Source of the DNA: a virus
Lineage: Duplodnaviria; Caudoviricetes
Virus record (IMG/VR): IMGVR_UViG_3300032254_000001
Span: 64,001-128,000 of that record
Strand: one strand, 5' to 3'
Length of the DNA stretch: 64,000 nt
Shown: positions 60,772 to 64,000 of the stretch, one piece after another
How the letters are laid out: the number at the start of each line of letters is the position of its first letter
How positions within the stretch are numbered: position 1 is the stretch's first letter
Position numbers and translations under genes: made by a program
Notes under the pieces: generated by a model
Told to the model about the DNA's origin: nothing
Seen by the model: the letters and a program-made list of their open reading frames with translations, nothing else
Databases searched by the model: none

Positions 60772-62343
60772 CTATGAATAACTAACGCGGCCCTTGTTCT
60801 TATAACCCCAATAAATTATTAGTACAGTTATAAGCACAATGCCAACGAATGTTGGGTGCATGAGCAAGTTATTGCCTTCTTTCAATGCAAGGTCTATTTT
60901 GCCCTGCCCAACATGATAACCGAAAAGTTCTTTCAGTTTTATTAATGGATAGCCACCGACATTAAATAATTGAAATGTCTGTGTAGCTAGCCCTTCTATT
61001 TTGTATCCTAACATGAATCCAATCATCATTGCTGGTCTACTAAACTCAAATTTCTTCATAAACAGGCCTAAGGCCGTAAATATGAATAACAGTATAACAT
61101 TTTCTACTCCAAATGTCGAGTAGCTACTGTTGTAGGTTGCCCAAACTATTGCCAATAGTATAAAGGGAAAGTAGTATTTAAACGGTACGTAGGCAATGCG
61201 GGAAATATACTTGATCAAAAACAAACACAATACGCCTGTGAGTGCTGTTGCTGCTATAAATCCAAAGCTTAATGCAGTAAAGAACTGACCATCAGCTAGT
61301 ACGCTGTCGCTGTCTAGTGTAAGCTCAAAACCTATTGCACCAAACAATCCTACAATAACCGCAGCAAACGGAGCACCCGGAATACCAAATAATACAGTGG
61401 GTATCATACTCGTTGCTTTCTGTGCGTTGTTACTGCCTTCTGGTCCAATAACACCTTTAATGTTACCGTTGCCAAATTTCTCTTTTGGGTTAGCTGCCAC
61501 AGTTGCACCATATGACAACCAGTCACTGACACTACCACCTATGCCGGGTAGGAACCCAACTACACTTCCTATTATGCCTCCGCGCAACGACGACTTCCAT
61601 TCCTTAAACGATACTTTAATCCCGTCTATCACTTGTTGTCTATTATCTGCTGCATATTGTTTGCTAACGGTCGAAGCCCTGAACAGCATAAGGATCATCT
61701 CTGGCATTGCAAATAAGCCTGCCATTATGGGCACCATTGGTATGCCACGTCCCCCGTCACCTTCTAGAAATTCAAAACCTAATGTAAAGCGCGGTGCGGC
61801 TGTAATAGGATCTGTTCCTACTAAGCTAAGGAATATACCTCCACACAATGCAGCGAGTGAGAAGAACCATTTACCATTTGCAACAAAGGTAACAGTTACG
61901 AATGCCATTATACAAAATGCAAATAACTCTGCTTGTCCTACTCCACCTTGCGTTGCTGGAAGCAGTAAGAAGTCTTTGTAGAACGGTAGCAATAAAAATG
62001 TTAAGCTACCGAATATTAATCCATTAACTGTAGACGTTGTTATTGCTGCCGATAATGCATAGCTTGACTTGCCTTGCTGTGCTAACGGGAACCCGTCTAC
62101 CATTGTTGCTGCCGAACTGTTAGCACCTGGTATTCCGAGTAACACAGATGCAAATGTATCACCTGTTGTACTTGCTGCTACTACTGCCATTACGAATACA
62201 ACACCAAGGTATGGGTCTACAGCTTGCAACATCACTATAAAAGGAAACAATGCTACCAGACCAGTAGTCGCTCCAGCAGCTGGTATAACTCCTATTATTA
62301 ATCCGTATAATGTGCCAACGAATAAAGCTAATAAGTACATCAT
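60772..62343 (-). CDS. tctA: Tripartite tricarboxylate transporter permease TctA
   Basis: Polytopic; LLGIPGANSSAATMVDGFPLA..G; GFLPGIG; IGPEGSNNA; LFGIPG. Confidence 0.9.
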   Translation of the reverse strand: MMYLLALFVGTLYGLIIGVIPAAGATTGLVALFPFIVMLQAVDPYLGVVFVMAVVAASTTGDTFASVLLGIPGANSSAATMVDGFPLAQQGKSSYALSAAITTSTVNGLIFGSLTFLLLPFYKDFLLLPATQGGVGQAELFAFCIMAFVTVTFVANGKWFFSLAALCGGIFLSLVGTDPITAAPRFTLGFEFLEGDGGRGIPMVPIMAGLFAMPEMILMLFRASTVSKQYAADNRQQVIDGIKVSFKEWKSSLRGGIIGSVVGFLPGIGGSVSDWLSYGATVAANPKEKFGNGNIKGVIGPEGSNNAQKATSMIPTVLFGIPGAPFAAVIVGLFGAIGFELTLDSDSVLADGQFFTALSFGFIAATALTGVLCLFLIKYISRIAYVPFKYYFPFILLAIVWATYNSSYSTFGVENVILLFIFTALGLFMKKFEFSRPAMMIGFMLGYKIEGLATQTFQLFNVGGYPLIKLKELFGYHVGQGKIDLALKEGNNLLMHPTFVGIVLITVLIIYWGYKNKGRVSYS

Positions 62344-63050
62344 TGTAATTTCTCCTGCAACCAAATTGGGTGTTTGTCTAACCAGAATTTTACAAAATCT
62401 CTGACTTTATCGGTTGTTTTGTATCCCAGTGGTTCTAGCAATGCAGCTCCTTCTGTTCTAATTATGTCTTTAAGATCTACTGCTAAGTCAGCAGTAATAA
62501 GCTTATCGGGTACACCACACCACAGTCCATTGACATTCATTGAATTCATTGCATCGTCGATGTATGTCTCTGGATTAATGTCTAGTTCTTCTTGTATGTA
62601 CTCTGGCAATGTACTATAATCATCAAAGCCTGTAACATCAGGCCAGGACTTATCTTTGATATTATTATACATTATGTTGAAACATCTATCGGCATGTTCT
62701 TTAAGCCAATACGGTTTATTAAATACAAATGCATGTTTAAATTCTGCTAAGGCCATATGTGTGTCGAAGTCTGTGTAAATTAATATTTGGGGATTAGGGT
62801 TATTATCCCATTCGTCATCGGTGGGACTACATACGAAAAGTACTTTGTTATTTATGTTGGATTTCTCAGTAGCATCATTATCGGGCCAACACTCGGACGA
62901 CTTCCACCTATCTTTAATATCCCAGTGCTTGTCCATTGTAGTAGATTTGTCTTCCTCAAATACACATTCGTAATCTGAGCCTAATATTAGAACCCAGAGA
63001 GCAAAGAAGCCACCGCTTCCACCGTAATAGTTTAATGAAATTGTGCTCAT
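62340..63050 (-). CDS. Sulfotransferase/P-loop-like hypothetical protein
   Basis: YYGGSGGFFALW N-terminal loop. Confidence 0.4.
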   Translation of the reverse strand: MSTISLNYYGGSGGFFALWVLILGSDYECVFEEDKSTTMDKHWDIKDRWKSSECWPDNDATEKSNINNKVLFVCSPTDDEWDNNPNPQILIYTDFDTHMALAEFKHAFVFNKPYWLKEHADRCFNIMYNNIKDKSWPDVTGFDDYSTLPEYIQEELDINPETYIDDAMNSMNVNGLWCGVPDKLITADLAVDLKDIIRTEGAALLEPLGYKTTDKVRDFVKFWLDKHPIWLQEKLQ

Positions 63051-63655
63051 GGTTTGAACACCGTTACTAGTATATCAGTCCAGTTTTTGATTTCAACATT
63101 GCATTCCTGTCCAAACGTTTCTTGAATCCACTCAGCATTAAACGATGACCACTTTAAGTTTTCTTGGTTTGCGAAACGTAGCATGTGTGAATTCTGCCTT
63201 TGAATTTCAGCTAACATTTTACCAGGGCCTTTGTATGCAGTGTAGTCAGGATAGGTAATATTAAAGCCGCCAGCTTGATGCCACCATTCTAGGCTCGGTA
63301 AGTCTGGTCTGTACACAAGCATGATCCAATCGCCCTGCTTGTAAGATTGGTATAGTTGCACACCTATTAAGTCTGTTGCCCACTCGTGGCTTTTAACTAT
63401 CATGCACCCTGCTTCTGGGTTTGTGTACGCTTCATCTGTGAATGCGCAATTAGCTTCAAACTCCATACCTTCGCCGAAGTACGCGCCCCTGTGTCCGCTG
63501 AAACCACTGTGAGTGTACTCCCTGTGATTCCGTCTGTCTGTAGTGTTCATACCTTCTAACGACTCTATTACCTGTGCAATGCCGCTCCAACGTGAGCCTG
63601 GCACACCTGTGAAAAATATTCTCTTAGGGAGTTTAACCGAAGATTCGTCTGACAT
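63047..63655 (-). CDS. Sulfotransferase-like protein
   Basis: IFFTGVPGSRWSGI; IVKSH; IMLVYRP. Confidence 0.5.
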   Translation of the reverse strand: MSDESSVKLPKRIFFTGVPGSRWSGIAQVIESLEGMNTTDRRNHREYTHSGFSGHRGAYFGEGMEFEANCAFTDEAYTNPEAGCMIVKSHEWATDLIGVQLYQSYKQGDWIMLVYRPDLPSLEWWHQAGGFNITYPDYTAYKGPGKMLAEIQRQNSHMLRFANQENLKWSSFNAEWIQETFGQECNVEIKNWTDILVTVFKP

Positions 63656-64000
63656 GTTCTGTACCTTTAATGTATTCTAATGCTGCTTTGTGTGCATCTT
63701 CCAATGGATGCCACATAGGGCTAATTTCAAAATCATTTTGTTTGCTCCACTCATGGAAGCCTATCCCATCAAACCAAGTAATATCATCCTTGTGTTGTTT
63801 CTGCAACTGATGTATCAATGGTGTGCTGTGATGCATATCTTTGTAAATGTTTTCATCAATGCATGTTGCGATGTACTGTATATTGTTTAGCTTTAAGTAA
63901 TCTATAATAAGATTAATTGCTTTAAGCGATTCAACTTGATCCCATATAGTGTTGTGTAAGTGTTTATAATACAGCTCATGGTATTCTACATCTTCTGTTC
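63633..64000 (-). CDS. SGNH-like hypothetical protein, N-terminus outside the window
   Basis: Frame open from 64000 into the track ORF; ends WHPLEDAHKAA. Confidence 0.5.
   Translation of the reverse strand, partial: TEDVEYHELYYKHLHNTIWDQVESLKAINLIIDYLKLNNIQYIATCIDENIYKDMHHSTPLIHQLQKQHKDDITWFDGIGFHEWSKQNDFEISPMWHPLEDAHKAALEYIKGTEHVRRIFG

Noticed and set aside
230-63890. Numerous plus-strand ORFs in the track (e.g. 1598-1909, 31748-32401, 56910-57419, 61397-61981)
   Set aside because: Shadow frames antisense to well-supported minus-strand genes; only 7819-9004 is convincingly coding on plus.
1-64000. Genome-wide TAG reassignment (alternative genetic code)
   Set aside because: Long genes (polB 918 aa, ClpA 775 aa) are intact in the standard code. 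Most TAG stops I checked are followed by an in-frame stop within about 25 codons and often overlap the next SD (e.g. 170, 3157, 34779, 60772).

Overview
This window is a 64 kb segment of a large, AT-rich, lytic dsDNA tailed phage with T4-superfamily-like replication and transcription features. Spanins, an IHF-box regulatory grammar and periplasmic proteins suggest a Gram-negative, probably proteobacterial host (inference). Almost all genes are on the minus strand. Recognisable modules: (1) replication: family-B DNA polymerase, sliding-clamp-like protein, DsbA-like DNA-binding protein, RNase H/5'-3' exonuclease, dCMP deaminase; (2) 7-deazaguanine DNA-modification genes (folE, queD, queE, a TGT/DpdA-like transglycosylase, a second T-fold DpdL-like protein; no queC seen) interleaved with nucleotide-sugar genes, glycosyltransferases and sulfotransferase-like ORFs; (3) lysis cassette on the plus strand (i-spanin, o-spanin, holin-like); (4) proteostasis and translation genes (ClpA, DnaJ, degenerate peptide deformylase, two PTH2-fold proteins, bL12-like protein); (5) TctC/TctA transporter; (6) a block of late genes with T4-like capsid-targeting N-termini. 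Less ordinary features: an amber-suppressor (CUA) tRNA; a ~470-nt ORF-free structured RNA candidate with its own promoter; a tandem array of ten small paralogues; a second family of eight ORFs sharing a PALxDAWxxY helix; three early promoters each with a palindromic -35 and clustered IHF boxes; and late promoters with fixed TAAATA-N5-ATG spacing that imply leaderless mRNAs. No CRISPR array, integrase or reverse transcriptase was seen. All family assignments are from motif recognition by eye, not database searches.
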